Shown: positions 24,629 to 38,189 of the stretch, piece after piece
Numbering within the stretch: position 1 is the first letter of the stretch
Layout: every line of letters starts with the position of its first letter
Assembly (NCBI RefSeq): GCF_006345805.1
Contig: NC_043006.1
Span: 36,766,001-36,830,000 of the forward strand
DNA from: Octopus sinensis
Lineage: Eukaryota
Length of the DNA: 64,000 bases
Direction: 5' to 3'
Notes under the pieces: model-generated
The model's database searches: none
What the model was told of the DNA's origin: nothing
The model's input: only the letters and a program-made list of their open reading frames with translations
Program-made: the position numbers and the translations under genes

Positions 24629-25434
24629 GTAAGAGCATTAACTCTTCCGAAAAGTAGAATAAGCTTTATTCAATACAACGCGAAACCTGTGGTTGAGAAG
24701 TTGTAGCCAACCTGAACGGAATAAAATCTTGCAGGTGCTGTTTGTGTAGTGTTCACCGGATATTTGCAGGGGGAGGAGGAGGCAGAATGAATCGCGAAGA
24801 TAGAGAATGTAGGGGTGCGATAAACAGAGTAGCATCACTGTAAATAATAGGAGGCATCCTTTGGCGAATACTCATGGAATAAGTTAACTGAATATCTCGG
24901 AACTGTGAACAATAGAAACCATATTTTGTCTGATACACGCACATATATGGAAGTGGAGCGCATCATACTGTTCTCCGATGAAATTAGGCTCTGCCCGGAA
25001 ACGTTAGACTTTCGTTCTCACGGTTTATCAAAATACCTTTTATTTTCTTTGTCTTTCTTTTTAATTCTCTCTTTCCCTCTCTCTCACTACAAACACTCTC
25101 TCGATATTCTACATATCAATTAGGATTATCAAGCCGTATATTATTATTATTATTATATATTGTTTTTATGTGTGTATTATAAGTATTATTTTATATACAT
25201 TATATATTTCAATGATTGTGTATATTCGCGTGTGTAATGATGTGTGTATACTACATCAGATGAAAGACAGAACAAAAGAACAACAAGAGGATGAGGAAGG
25301 ATGAGGGTTGACGTCACGTTTCGTGAGTGCTGTAACTCATGGCATTGGCATTTTATTGTGAAGCAAATAACAACACAAGTATGCTTGTCTCTTGTGGTGT
25401 CAGCCACACTCGACTTTTATCTAATTCTCTCCAG

Positions 25435-25531
25435 GCGACAGTATGTAGCTATTCCCCTTCGCTCTGCTTCTTCCTCCACCTCCGTTCGCCACACTGACTC
25501 ACACTCGAACGCACGCGGAGTACAAAGGCGG
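25435..25531 (+). other. Candidate 97-nt cassette exon in the 5' leader
   Basis: Acceptor cttttatctaattctctccag| at 25434 and donor GGCGG|gtacgc at 25531; the sequence between is GC/CpG-rich unlike its flanks. Confidence 0.35.
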
Positions 25532-26164
25532 GTACGCACACCTCTCTTTTTGATAGATATATTGACAAATAGTTAAAGAGATAGAGAGAAGTGCAGATAT
25601 CTATGTATGTCTGTATAAACACACACGCAATGAAATGATGTTTTTTCTCCGATGTGTATGGATGTTCTCATCCGTTAATTTACCTATGTACGGGTCTAAC
25701 CATAGATATAAATGCGTTTAATTGCGCAGCTTTTTGACAATGTCAACATGGTTTAAAGGTAAAAATATAGTTACACTCTCTGTCAAAGACTTTGGAGGTG
25801 TAAGAAACGACAGGTTTGGGGGTGGTAGTTAGTGTAGCTTTTGTTTATCACGATGGCCTGTCTGTGAACTCCCGTTTTAAAAAGCCGGTTGGTCCGCTGT
25901 CACTTCATTTAGTGACAGCCGGCCCAATCGGTTTGTTCTCTCCAACTAATTCAATAATGTTTTAACTACGAACATATTTGAAATAGTTAAATAAGGTAGT
26001 TGAATTGATGGATTGACTAGCTTGGCTTTTCACCACTTTATAGTCACAGCTAATTCATCCTGTCGTTATTTTTTTTCCATTCCTCCCATTGTTATATTAG
26101 CTTTGTAGATCGACACTTACATTCATATACATCCACCTCCACCTATTTACGTTCCTATATATTT

Positions 26165-26429
26165 ATGATGATGCCATCGAGGATGGCTGGAAGCCCAACG
26201 AAGAGGGGCATCGCTACATTTAGCGTTGGCATTATATTCGGTTTCGCTTTCACGTACATGTTAGCCTATTCGTCGCAATGGAAAACCCGTTTCTTCTTGC
26301 CCAAAGAGACACATATATATTACAGTAACTACATACCCGACAGCCCCCACGGACACGGTGGTATCGAACATTTAGGGGGCCCGGACAAGTCCTTTAAATG
26401 GGCAGACTCGGAGCACCACAGTCATCAAG
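26165..26429 (+). CDS. C1GALT1: First coding exon of a glycoprotein-N-acetylgalactosamine 3-beta-galactosyltransferase 1 (T-synthase)-like gene; type II membrane anchor plus His-rich stem
   Basis: ORF MMMPSRMAGSPTKRGIATFSVGIIFGFAFTYMLAYSSQW...PDSPHGHGGIEHLGGPDKSFKWADSEHHSHQ: short basic N-tail, one TM helix (GIIFGFAFTYML), then a His-rich stem with a GP motif as in metazoan C1GALT1/C1GalTA N-termini. Acceptor ...cccattgttatattag at 26100; phase-1 donor CAAG|gttagt at 26429/26430. From memory, vertebrate C1GALT1 has a phase-1 intron at the equivalent position. The catalytic domain is not seen, so the family call rests on the N-terminus. Confidence 0.72.
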
Positions 26430-26920
26430 GTTAGTAACTACATTCGCTATATATATTATAAATTTATTGTGAATGAATTTATTGCCGATATTTCCAACGT
26501 AAAGTGATTGATATTATAAGCATCAACTTTTCTGTTTCAAATAAGTACTTACACACACATACACACATATAGCTGCTTCTGTTGCGTATATCGGATGTAT
26601 ATCATTCCCAGTGCATTTTAACCACTTTTTCTTGCATGAATTATGCTTTCTCTACTTTTTCCATACCTCACTAATTCTGGAAAAACAAACTTACGACAGC
26701 ATGGAAGGAGTAAAGTTAATGCTATTATCTGTAGAAATAAATACGCTTGTGCCCTCCCTCCGTGTAGACAAAACAACCCCCTCCAATGTGACACGATTTT
26801 TTTTCAACCTATATTTTTCAACTTGCTGGAATTTTCAAACCGAACTTTGCATTAAGTGCAAATCTATAAAACCTCGCTAAATTACCATTATCTTCTGGCG
26901 ATACTAGAATAACAAAAACA

Positions 26921-26964
<44 letters not shown>

Positions 26965-28711
26965 TCATATATATATATATATATAGTATGTGTGTGTGTT
27001 ACAATAATACAATAATAGGAATTGTCAAGGGAGGAGGGTTAGTTCGCCAAACACTAGTTCACACCCTCCGTATTATGTATGGAGTTAAGAATAACATTAG
27101 TTAATTAGTGTCTTAATATTTGGTTTCGAAAATTCGCGTGAACGTAAGACACCATGTGTGTCTGTGGAAGTGTTTATATTTTGTTTTACTTCTGTGTTTG
27201 TGATTTATTTTGTGTGTGTGATTTGTTCGTTTAGGTGAGCACTGATCTGAGATATTCAAACCGTGACCGTTCCTTATTTGTTTCGTATGTTAGAGAACCT
27301 AGAACCGCATCCAACGCGCTCTTTTTTTCTAAAACGATAAGCTGGGGTTTGAAGCTGTGACTATTATTTCTAGCAAGTCGAGCGACTACGTATTGGGGCT
27401 GTTTTATGTTATGCTTATAACATTCTTTTATTTGGATACCAGAGGACCATATTTTCTGAATATAAGCTAGGAACAAGAAACAATATACCGATATTGCTGC
27501 GTTTATATCCTGCTAGGGTCGATAAAGATAATGCCCCAGTCTAGTTAATGAGGGTACCTGGAGGACATGGTTGCGCGGCTTCTCTAGAAAACCCAATCAA
27601 ATCTTCCTCAAATCGCGCCTTTTAAGAAACGAAAACATTGGATGATATTGATCTGAGTCTACTGTACCTAGGAAAAAATAAATAAAAGTCATAGATGGAA
27701 GGCTTTAGATGAATAGGTCTATTCGGTCAGGCTTTAGATGAATAGGTCTAAAACAATGTCTCTCAGTAGAGGGCAAGTCTGTGAGGATTGAAAAAGAATA
27801 AAGATTTGGGGAGCGAACATGTTGCTATGTTTAAACCCCTTTCATTGTGATGTTTCCGTTAAAATACACTGCCGTTGGTTTATTTCATTTCAATAACAAG
27901 TAAGAATTTCCAAAAGTAATCTTGTCAATTTTAATCTGGTGTTTGGAACAAAATTAACATAAAAGTTTGATCACTTAAAAACAAGTTTGTCATAAAATCA
28001 AGGGCGGTCTTAAGCGGGTTGGTATCAAAAGGGTTAAAAAAATATAGTTTCCAACTATTTTAACTATTTTAACACATCGAAGAAACAATTTTTATACCTG
28101 CAAAATCGTGAATAGGATAGGATTGCTAAAAAAAATTCATTAATTTCTAGTCCTTTAGGATTCAGATATCTATGTCAAATGTATTGCTTATTTATTCATA
28201 TATTTTAAATTAATCATGCATTATCTTGTAGCTTCGAGATTTAAATGATGTATTTATATCTTTTCAGAAAGACATTGTAGGTTATGTGTGAGAGGTTGGT
28301 TCTGGTCAGTTTTAACATAAAACAGGTATTATTTGGACCTCATATAGCCGGATTAAATGCTAAAGAGCTAGGGTGAAAAGGACTTCATATTTGCCAGTTT
28401 GAGAAACTCTGGACTAAACAAGGATAGCTGTTCTTTAACTTGATTTACTAGAAAAAACAGCCAAATGTCACGCAAATGACTCCTTAAATTTAAAACAAGA
28501 GGCAAATGACACATCACGTAATAGTCTTTGATTCGCAATGTCGTAAAAATAAAAGACATGATGGTCACGGGTGGAACTGCTTAGATCATAAGCTCTGCTA
28601 TACCAGGACCTATTTGAGGTTAAGCATGAAACAAAGTATTTGTAATATACTCTGATATATTCAATTCATTTTACAATCTCAATTGTGTTGTGCCATATCA
28701 AAAGATCTTTG

Positions 28712-28754
<43 letters not shown>

Positions 28755-29949
28755 GACTACACTGTGTTTGCTTGTTATTTGTGGTGTGTGAATATATGTG
28801 TGTGTCTCGTTGAAATCTACAAGTTTTTTTTTTTCATTCTCACTGTTTATTTTCTATTATTCCTTTCTGTGGAAGAGCGTAGGCTTGAAACGTAGAAGAC
28901 TTTTTCATTTTCCCGAGCGTTAAATTAATACTCTTGCTTGTTCCTGCACCTGTCTTCGTCTTTTGTTTTTCTATAAATTTTAACTATATATATATATATA
29001 GGCGCAAGAGTGGCTGTGTGGTAAGTAGCTTGCTTACTAACCACGTTCAGTCCTACTGCGTGGCACCTTGGACACGTGTCTTCTACTATAGCCTTGGGCT
29101 GATCAAAGCCTTGTGAGTGGATTTGGTAGACGGAAACTGAAAGAAGCCCATTGTGTGTGTGTTTGTCCCCTCCCCCACCATCACTTGACGACCGATGTTA
29201 GTGCGTTTACATCCCCATAAGAATATTGACTGAAACAAATAAAAGAATATATATATATGTAATTGTGAGCGTTCTAACCACTGAGCCACTCAGTGGCTAG
29301 AGCTTTGGGTGCACAATCATGAGTTTATTGAATTCAATTGTGTTCTTTAGCAAGACACTTTATTTCATGTTGCTCCAGTTAACTCAGCTACGTCACTGGT
29401 GCCAAGCTGTATTGGTTTTTGCCTTTGATGGTGTGCAGAAGTAGCAGAAAGGCTGCTGGTCTTCCACAAACAACCTTGCCATGGAGAGGAACTTTCTAGG
29501 TGCAATCCCATGGTCATTCATGACCAAAGAGGTGTGGGATCTTTATCCTTTAACATTTATAAAGCCATATATTATCATGGTGGTTACTATGTTTCCTCTT
29601 AATTCAGTTTCAGCTACCAGCTAACTGTTAAATAAAATTGTGGATATGAAAAACCTCCATTATCATTAATTACTATAATGTACCTGTGAAGGTGAGATTG
29701 TGGGTTCTATTCCCAGACTGGTTGTTACATTGTGTTCTTGAGCAAAGCACTTCATTTCATGTTGCTCTACGATCATTTCGACATCTGACATGTGGAATCC
29801 ATTGCACCTGTACAGGTAATGTCAATCTGATGGAGGGAGTGAGCTTATATCTACACAAACAATTGATCACTATAAACAAATCATATGAGTGGTTGTTTGG
29901 TAAGAAACTGTCAGACCCTCATACGTTGTCTAACAACGGGAGAATCCAT

Positions 29950-29984
<35 letters not shown>

Positions 29985-30396
29985 GTGTGCGCTGCCAGCT
30001 GTTCAGGCTTTCTCTTATTTACACTTATTTTGGATTGAGTCATTCATAAAAATCCTCCATATATTATCATTATCATCATAATCGTTTTAATTTCCACTTT
30101 GTGTTGCTTGCGTTGGTCAGTCAGAAATCATTGAGGCAGATATTTTATGGCTAGATGCTCTTTTTGTTATCGACCTTCATTTCTGAGCAAGGTTGTATTT
30201 TCCCATGGCTAGACATATATATATTTTCCCATGGCTATATATATATATGTTTATGTATAGGTGCAGGCATGGCTGTGTGGTAAGAAGCTTGCTTCCAGTT
30301 TACCCTGATTCATTTGTTTTGTTGGATTTGTCTGAGATAGATGTTTTTTTTTGGCTGTGCGATGTTTTTCCCGCTTGTGTGATGGAGGCATGTTGA

Positions 30397-30995
30397 GTGA
30401 GGAGTTGCGAAAGTTTAAGCTGTTCTGTGCCAAATGTGGAAAGCCACCCTCCCTATGTGTCTGAGGAAGAAATGGTAGAATACCTGAAGAAAATAGACAA
30501 GGCTATGGAAGAAAGAAGTTATGCTGCAGCAACGGAAGAAAAATGCAAAGACATAAGGTTGGAGGATGTAAGCAAGTTTAAGGGAATGCTTGAAAGGGAG
30601 GGGAACGAAGTGAAGGTGTTCCCCCACAAAGAAATTTTGAAAGAAGTAGCAGAAAGAATGGTAATTTGTAGAATGTATTCAGTGGCAACCAGAAAAATTG
30701 AGAATATGTCCACGGTACAAATAGAAAAGGCGTTGAGACCAGTCTGGCAAGGGATTTCGTACCTTGCCAGAGGAAAGAAATTTGGAACGATAGAGGTGCA
30801 GTTCGAAAAGGTAGCTATCGCCATGCTGCACTGGCAACACCACTGAAAATAAATGAGGTAGTTCTTTTATCAGTATATCTTGGGAGGCATGCTTCCAGGG
30901 TTAGGGTGGAGGAAATACCTCCAGAAGTGGATGTAGCCTGGCTGATGGCTGCTATACTACTTGGAATGGAGGAGAAAGTGGTGGTCCCACAGGTC
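30397..30995 (+). mobile_element. ORF1/gag-like relic of a non-LTR retrotransposon (L1/Tx1-like), one frameshift near 30825
   Basis: 149-aa ORF (...RGKKFGTIEVQF...) continues after a frameshift as PLKINEVVLLSVYLGRHASRVRVEEIPPEVDVAWL, resembling the RRM-like part of L1/Tx1 ORF1; no splice signals; truncated by a SINE. Confidence 0.5.
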
Positions 30996-33804
30996 ACCAG
31001 AACACTTCATAGGAACTGGAAAGGACAAATCCTTGACATGGTATAAGTCCAGGCAGGGTTGTTTATGGAAGACCAACAGTTGCCCATGCATACCAGTCTC
31101 TCCTCTACATGCCATCAATGTTATCCAAGGGAAAGGCAAAAGCTGATACAGCTTGGCACCAGTGACGTTGCTACTCATTTCAACTATCTAAGTAAAGTTT
31201 GCAAATTTGATTTCTGTAACTGCTGTGAACTGTCATACAGCAAACATTTTGTAGAAATGTTTGCTGTATGACTTACAAGCATGCTGTATATATTTCTTGT
31301 ACTGGGCATAGATCAAATCTCATTAGTTTTACTGCAGTAGATTGCTGTGAAGATGCAGTAAACTTTTTTGTTGTTTTCCAAGAAATATACATTTTCTTTT
31401 CAACTTCTACAAAGAGGTGAACTGTTTTGTTTCTTATATTGAATTCACTGTCCTGAGTAGCAAAGACATAGAGATCTTGTGTCAAATTACTGTGTCTGTC
31501 ATAAATGTGAGTTGCACGTTGTTTAAGGAGGCTCGAAGTTATCTCTCTGGAAGCGTAAATGAAAAAAAGGTGAGACAGGAATATCTGATATTGTTGTGTG
31601 AAACAGAACTGTAGTTTGTTTCTATACTACCTCTGTGGAAGCATTTGTTGGTAAAGTTTCACAAAATCAGTGTGGCTCTCCAGGATCTGCAGATGGCCAA
31701 CATTGGTGTAAATACAGTCAGCTGTGAAAATATATACTAACTATTCCTGATTGAACAAGAAGTAAAATCCAGATTGCCTGGTATACAAGTGTACAGAACC
31801 ATGGTTTAGCTAGTGTGTGTGTGTGTGTGTGTGTGCTGTCTGAGGCAGTCCCTGAGTTTGCACCATCCACCAGGGCCCTGAAGCCTATGCAGGCTTAAAG
31901 AGCAGATCCAAAAGTGCTGCCACTGTAAAAGCTACATCCAGGGTGGACAGTCCCTGTCACTCCACCCTAGCTGTGCTACTGGTGCAAAGAGAAGAAGAGT
32001 GAGAAAAGCAAATCAACAACTCATTCCCTATCTCTAATCATCTGTCACACTATTTTCACTAAGTACATTTTCTATTCTGCCTCATATTCATGTTGTAACT
32101 GGACTTCACATCTCTTTCTCCTCACTTTCCAGGTGGCCAAGCCATGTATTCACCTCTTCAGCAAGACATCTGCTCCTCTCCCTCTATCATAGTTTTCCTC
32201 CAGTCAATAACCTTCTCAGTTGAGGGGTCTTATCTTGTGGGTGCTTAGCAACCTCACTGGTGCTGGTATTATGTAAAAAGAACCCAGTACATTGTGTTGA
32301 GTGGTTGGCATTAGGAAAAGCATAACAGAAACCCATAACAAAGCAGACGTAGAACTTGGTGGAATCCTCTGGTTCGTCTGTTCTTGTTGAACTGTTCAAC
32401 CCATGCCAGCATGGAAAAAGGGGCATTAAATGATGATGGTGATGAATAATTCTGTTTTTTTGGATACTGATAAAGAGACAAATTTAATGTAAGGTCCTTT
32501 GTTCTTACAATAGATACTATTGAAGAAAACTTGGGCAGAAGAACAACACTGTGTTGCATATAAAATTATATTTTCATCTAATTTAGAAGTTTCAGGGTTA
32601 AAACATTTAATGGGGTGGTAGAAACTTTGATTAAATAGTATCCAAATGATGTTTATATTAATTTATCTTACAGGTGAACTCAGGCAGTGCCATACTTGTC
32701 AAGCAGAATTATCCAATAAAAGAATAAATTTATCACAAAAATCTCTCTAATATGAAATCATATTCTAAGACAAAATTCATCAAGTTTTCTCCAAATCTGG
32801 AAGAGCTGTGTTATGAGTATATTTATCTGATCTTTTATCTTATACTTGTTTTAGTTTTTGGACTGTGGCCATGTTGGAGTACTGCATTGAAGGGTTTAAT
32901 CAAACAAATTCATCCCAGTACTCAGTTTTAAGCTTGGTAGTTATTCTATTGGTCTCTTTTTGCTGATCTACTAATTTACGGGGATGTAAACAAAGCAACA
33001 CTGGTTGTCAAGTGGTGGTGGTGGGGCACAAGCACACATGTGATGGGCTTCTTTTAGTTTTCATCAACCATATCCACTCAAGGCTTTGATTGGCTTAGGG
33101 CTGTAGTAGAAGATGCCCATGGTCCTGTGCAGTGGGATTGAACCCAGACCCATGTGGTTGGGAAGCAAACTTTTTATCACATGGCCACAGTAAATATTTT
33201 TCAGGTGAAAGGTCATTTTTATGACTAATGAAAAAATGAATTGACAGCAAAGTTGTCGTGAAAAAAGCAGGTTTATACTTAGCATCAGGTGTTGAGAATG
33301 TCGTTAAATGATGATGATGTGGCAGAAGTAGTGCCCTTTTTATTTAGTAATTTTTATAGTACAAAAGATTTTTTATTTTATAAAAATTTATTACAGTAGA
33401 TAAAGAAATGAAAAATACCAATTAATTAAAATAAATTGCAGTAGTTTTAAGAAATTTTTAAAGTATTGCTCCATCAAAATAATGTAGCACCTTGGGCAAG
33501 TGTCTCTGCTATAACCCTGGGCTGACCAAAGCCTTGTGAGTGGATTTGGTAGACAGAAACTGAAACATTCCCATCGTATATATATATGTGTGTGTGTGTG
33601 TGTGTCTGTATTTGTTCCCTCCACCATCTCCTGACAACCGATGTTGGCATGTTTATATCCCCCATAACTTAGTGGTTTGGCAAAAGAGACCGATAGAATA
33701 AGTACTAGGCTTACAAAGAATAAGTCCTGGAGTCGATTTGTTTGACTAAAGGCAGTGCTCCAGCACAGCCGCTGTCAAATGACTGAAACAAGTAAAAGAA
33801 TATA

Positions 33805-34135
33805 ACATGTTCAAAATGCTCCCCTTCATTTTTATTACTATGCTGAACCCTACCAGCAACACTTCTACAAACCTTTTGACACATTTCCACGTTACTTGCA
33901 GAAAATTTATCAGAAATTGCTTGTTTTAATTCATGAATTGTTTTTGGTTTGAGGGAGTAAGCAAGATCTTTCAATACACCCACAAGAAAAAGTCATGTGG
34001 TTGTAGGTCTGATGATCGTGATGACCACTGAAATTGCTCCACGTTTTCCTATCCACCTCACCTCAAAATTAAGATTTAACCATTCCTGAACGTTTTACCC
34101 ATAGTGAGGTGGTGCACCATCCTATTGAAAGAAAA
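33805..34135 (-). mobile_element. Tc1/mariner transposase C-terminal relic
   Basis: FFQ*DGAPPH, WSSRSSDLQPHDFFLW, LKDLAYSLKPKTIHELKQAI. Confidence 0.85.
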
Positions 34136-37131
34136 CTATATACAAATAAGAAAGAGTGTTACACACACACACACACATATATACGATGCGTTTCTTTCAG
34201 TTTCCGTCTACCAAATCCACTCACAAAGCTTTGGTTGTCTTGAGGATATAGTAGTAGACACTTGCCCAAGATACCACGCAGTGGGACTGAACCTGGAACC
34301 ATGTGGTTGGGAAGCAAGCTTCTTACCACACAGCCACTCTTGTGCCTTTTGTCACAGAAAATTTCTTCTGCCTTTTATATAACTTGAAAAGAGGATGGTG
34401 TTTTGTTTTGTTTAGGAGAAAGAGAAAAGAGGATGGAAGGGAGGAGAGGGGGAGAGAGAGGAAGAGAAAGAAACAAGAAACTATGTATCCTGGGATGGTC
34501 TTTGACAAACACAACCATCTTGAGATACATAGGGTTGAAACAGTTATTTCCACTCTTTTACTTGTTTCTGTCATTGCACTACAGCCATGCTGGAGCACTG
34601 TCTTGTTTTAGTTGAAAAATTGCCTCCAGTACTTACATTGTAACTAAGTTATGGGTATGTAAACAAGCCAATGGGGAGTGTCAAGCAGGGGGAAGGGAGA
34701 ATGAACACACACACATATCATCATCATCATCATCATTTAACATCTGTTTCTCATGTTGGTATGGGTTGGACGGTTTGATAGGTGTGGCAAGCTGGAGATC
34801 TGCACCAGGCTCTAGTTGTCTGTTTTGGCATAGTTTCTACAGCTGGATGCTCTTCCTAATACTAATCAATTTACAGAATGTGCTGAGTGCCCTTTATGTG
34901 GTGCCAGTACCAGACCTTTTTACATGGCACTAGTGTGGGTGCATTATATGTTACGCCAGCACGGATGGTTTTTATGGGGTGCCAGAAAAGACACCTTTAT
35001 ACACACACACACACACATGATGGACTTCCACACTGCTTCCATCTCTCAAATTCACTCGAGACATTGGGTAACTTGGAACTGTTGAAGAAGGCATTTACCC
35101 AAAGTGCAGTGTAGTAGGACTGAACTCAAGACCATATAGTTGCAAAGCAACCTATTTAAGCATACAGTCATGACTGCTATTGACACCCCTGGGGGATTAA
35201 AAGAATGAACTAGACGACAGCTTATAAAGAGTAGTGGTTGGAGAGAACGTTTTGGTAGTCTCATGAAACTCGTCATGTGAACACATTGATTAAGCCTCTG
35301 TTGCATAAATTATATATCCAACATCTAACAAGGATATAAAAATACGTATGAATATATTATCTTGCCACTATCTATAAGACTATATTTAAGATGGTTGAGT
35401 GTAATATAGCAAAATTTAATCGTGGTATCTGAAAGGTTGAATGCTCATACTGAAGCGTTTCATGTGAAAATCCTGTTGATTGTAAATCAGGAACTACATG
35501 CATACAAAATGGCCTTTAATATGATAGGATATGATTTGGAGAGTTTTGCTTTCTATTTTCAGTATGTTGACCAACCATGCTTTCTAGTGAACAAAAACTG
35601 TCTATCAAAAATAGCTTTCCTCTCTCTCTCTCTCTCTTACATTTTGTATTTCATATCCTCAGAGAAAGCGATTGTCTGTAGGAATTGCGTAGCTTTACTT
35701 ATTTATGAAGGGAGCATGGCAGATGGAGAGTTTTTCAGCCCACCCTCACATGCATGCACATATTTACAAAATATCTTCCATCCTACTTACATGGAATGAA
35801 AACTTCTTATGATAATATTTGTGTGTTGTGTTCTTAAGCAAGACACTTTATTTCATGTTGCTTCAGTTCACTCAGCTGTAGAAACGAGTTGCAATGTCAT
35901 TGGTGCCAAGGTGAATCAGCCTTTGCCTTTCACTTGGATAACATTGGTTGCATGGAGAGGGGAGACTGGTGTACATGGGCAACTGCTGGTCTTCCATAAA
36001 CAACCTTACTCGGACTTGTGCCTTGGAGGGTAACTTTCTAGGCGCAATCCCATGGTCATTCGTAACTGAATGGGGTCTTTATTCCTTTCTATATAATTCT
36101 ATATTAAGGTGGCGAGCTGGCAGACAAGTTAGTGCGCCGGGCGAAATGCTTAGCAGTACTTCTTCTGTCGTTACGTTCTGAGTTCAAATTCCGCCGAGGT
36201 CAACTTTGCCTTTCATCCTTTTGGGGTCGATAAATAAAGTACCAGTTTCGCACTGGGGCGATATAATCGACTCAATCCCTTCGTCTGTCCTTGTTTGTCC
36301 CCTCTATGTTTAGCCCCTTCTGGGCAGTATAATTCATACTAATCCAATTGTTTCTATAGCATAGTGCATTGAATTGTGCTTATCCCTATCTTTTCTCTGA
36401 GCTTATCTGTACCTCATCTTTCACACATACTAACAATGCACATCCAGGCTGTTTACTCTCTACCTTCACTCAGGCCATATTTCTATATATTTATAGAATT
36501 GTCTTATGGAAGAAAAAAAAAAGCTTGAAATGTTGCTTTATCTGGAAAAGGATTCATGTTCAGGAGGTTATTATTTAAACTAGATGTATCAGTTAATGCT
36601 TCTATAAAGCTTTGTCTTGATTTCATCAGACAGTCTATCCTTCATGGTCTACCTTATACTCAAAGAGAGAATCCACTTGATGTCAGCAGAGGTAATAAAT
36701 GCCTGTTTTTTTTTTTTGTTTTTTTTTCCCCCTCCATCCTGTTCCTATTATGGCTGCTAAACTTTCCTAACCCCCTTCTCCACTGTTGATTAAGTTGCCT
36801 TGGCAACAGAAGCAATCAGCAACTTCTATAGAGCCTTTGGAGTGTTAGAAAGAACACCCATTACTGGTGCTTCAATTGCTAGCTACTCTTTGGCATCTGG
36901 TACTGTAAAACTAATTTGTGTATACTAGGTTTTTATTCAGTTGGGTAACTATTAGTAATTTGGTTTTGTTTAATTAGCAGGCTCAGATAATGCTTAAGAA
37001 GTTGTTATATAGTATTCTTATTGTTAATATATCTGAGGATATATATTTGGCACACCCATTTGCGATTATTTATATAAATGTTGCAGATCTCAAGTGCCCA
37101 TTATGTTTACTTGTATTTAGATAAATATGGC

Positions 37132-37173
<42 letters not shown>

Positions 37174-37774
37174 AGGTAAATGTGGTATAAGTAAATATAT
37201 ATATCAGGCATAGCTGTGTGGTAAGAAGTTCGCTTCCCAATCATATGGTTCTGGGTTCAGTCCCACTGCGTGGCACCTTAGGCAAGTTTCTTCTACTATA
37301 GCCACGGGCCAACCAAAGCCATGTGAGTGGATTTGGTAGATGGAAACTGAAAGAAGCTCGTTGCATTGCTAGCCACTACACATTCTTTATTTTCTCTCCT
37401 TGTTTCTTTTTGTGTTCCTTTCTGTGGAAGAGCGTAGGCTCGAAATGTTAATGACTCTTTCACTTCCCAAGCATTATACTAATACATCTGTTTGTTGTCT
37501 ACATCACCTATCTTTGTCTTTTGTTTTTTTTTGTGAATTCTCCCTATATATGTATGTATGTATGTATGTATATGTCTGTGTTTGTCCCCCACTGCCATTG
37601 CTTGACAACCAATGTTGGTGTGTTTACGTCCCCATAACTTAGCAGTTTGGCAAAAGAGATAGATAGTGGGGGACTAGGCTTACAAAGAATAAGTCCTGGG
37701 ATCAGTTTGTTCGACTAAAGGCAGTGTTCCAACATGGCTGCAGTCAAATGAATGAAACAAGTAAAAGAATAAAA

Positions 37775-37831
<57 letters not shown>

Positions 37832-38059
37832 CATAAAATAATTATATATAAGTAACCTAGCACTTAAAAATGACTGTATAAGTAACATTAATTTTTTTTA
37901 AGTATATATAATTAAAAAGATATAATTATAGTTAAGGGTTACTGGAAATGACCGTCACCTATGCTAGAAAAATGCAATTTATTCTCTATATTCAACCATT
38001 GGTATGAATGCAAGAGAATGAGCAAGAAAATATAAAAAAAATATTGATATTTATTTATC

Positions 38060-38189
38060 ATTCTTCAACAAGAATATTAATGATAGTGACTTTGAAGCTT
38101 CTGCCAGCTGAGCCATTGTTGAATTGCCAACGAGTGCCTAGCTGGCTGAAACTTCAAGGTCCCTGTCAATAATATTCTTGTTGAAGAAT
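38060..38189. mobile_element. Short palindromic MITE; second family member at 44341-44474
   Basis: Both begin ttctt.a.caagaatatt, share agtgactttgaag, and fold back over ~65 bp. Confidence 0.7.

Larger units (their letters stand above)
24480..27200. promoter_or_regulatory. CpG-enriched, SINE-poor promoter/first-intron region
   Basis: Visibly higher CG dinucleotide density, and the SINEs that fill the rest of the window are absent; contains the splice signals listed above. Confidence 0.5.

Noticed and set aside
32674-32750. Phase-compatible acceptor (ttatcttacag|GT GAA CTC...) giving GELRQCHTCQAELSNKRINLSQKSL* with AATAAA
   Set aside because: No resemblance to C1GALT1 exon sequence; could be a cryptic terminal exon but is unsupported without RNA data.
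36583-36711. Symmetric phase-1 exon candidate (DVSVNASIKLCLDFIRQ...)
   Set aside because: Weak polypyrimidine tract and not C1GALT1-like.
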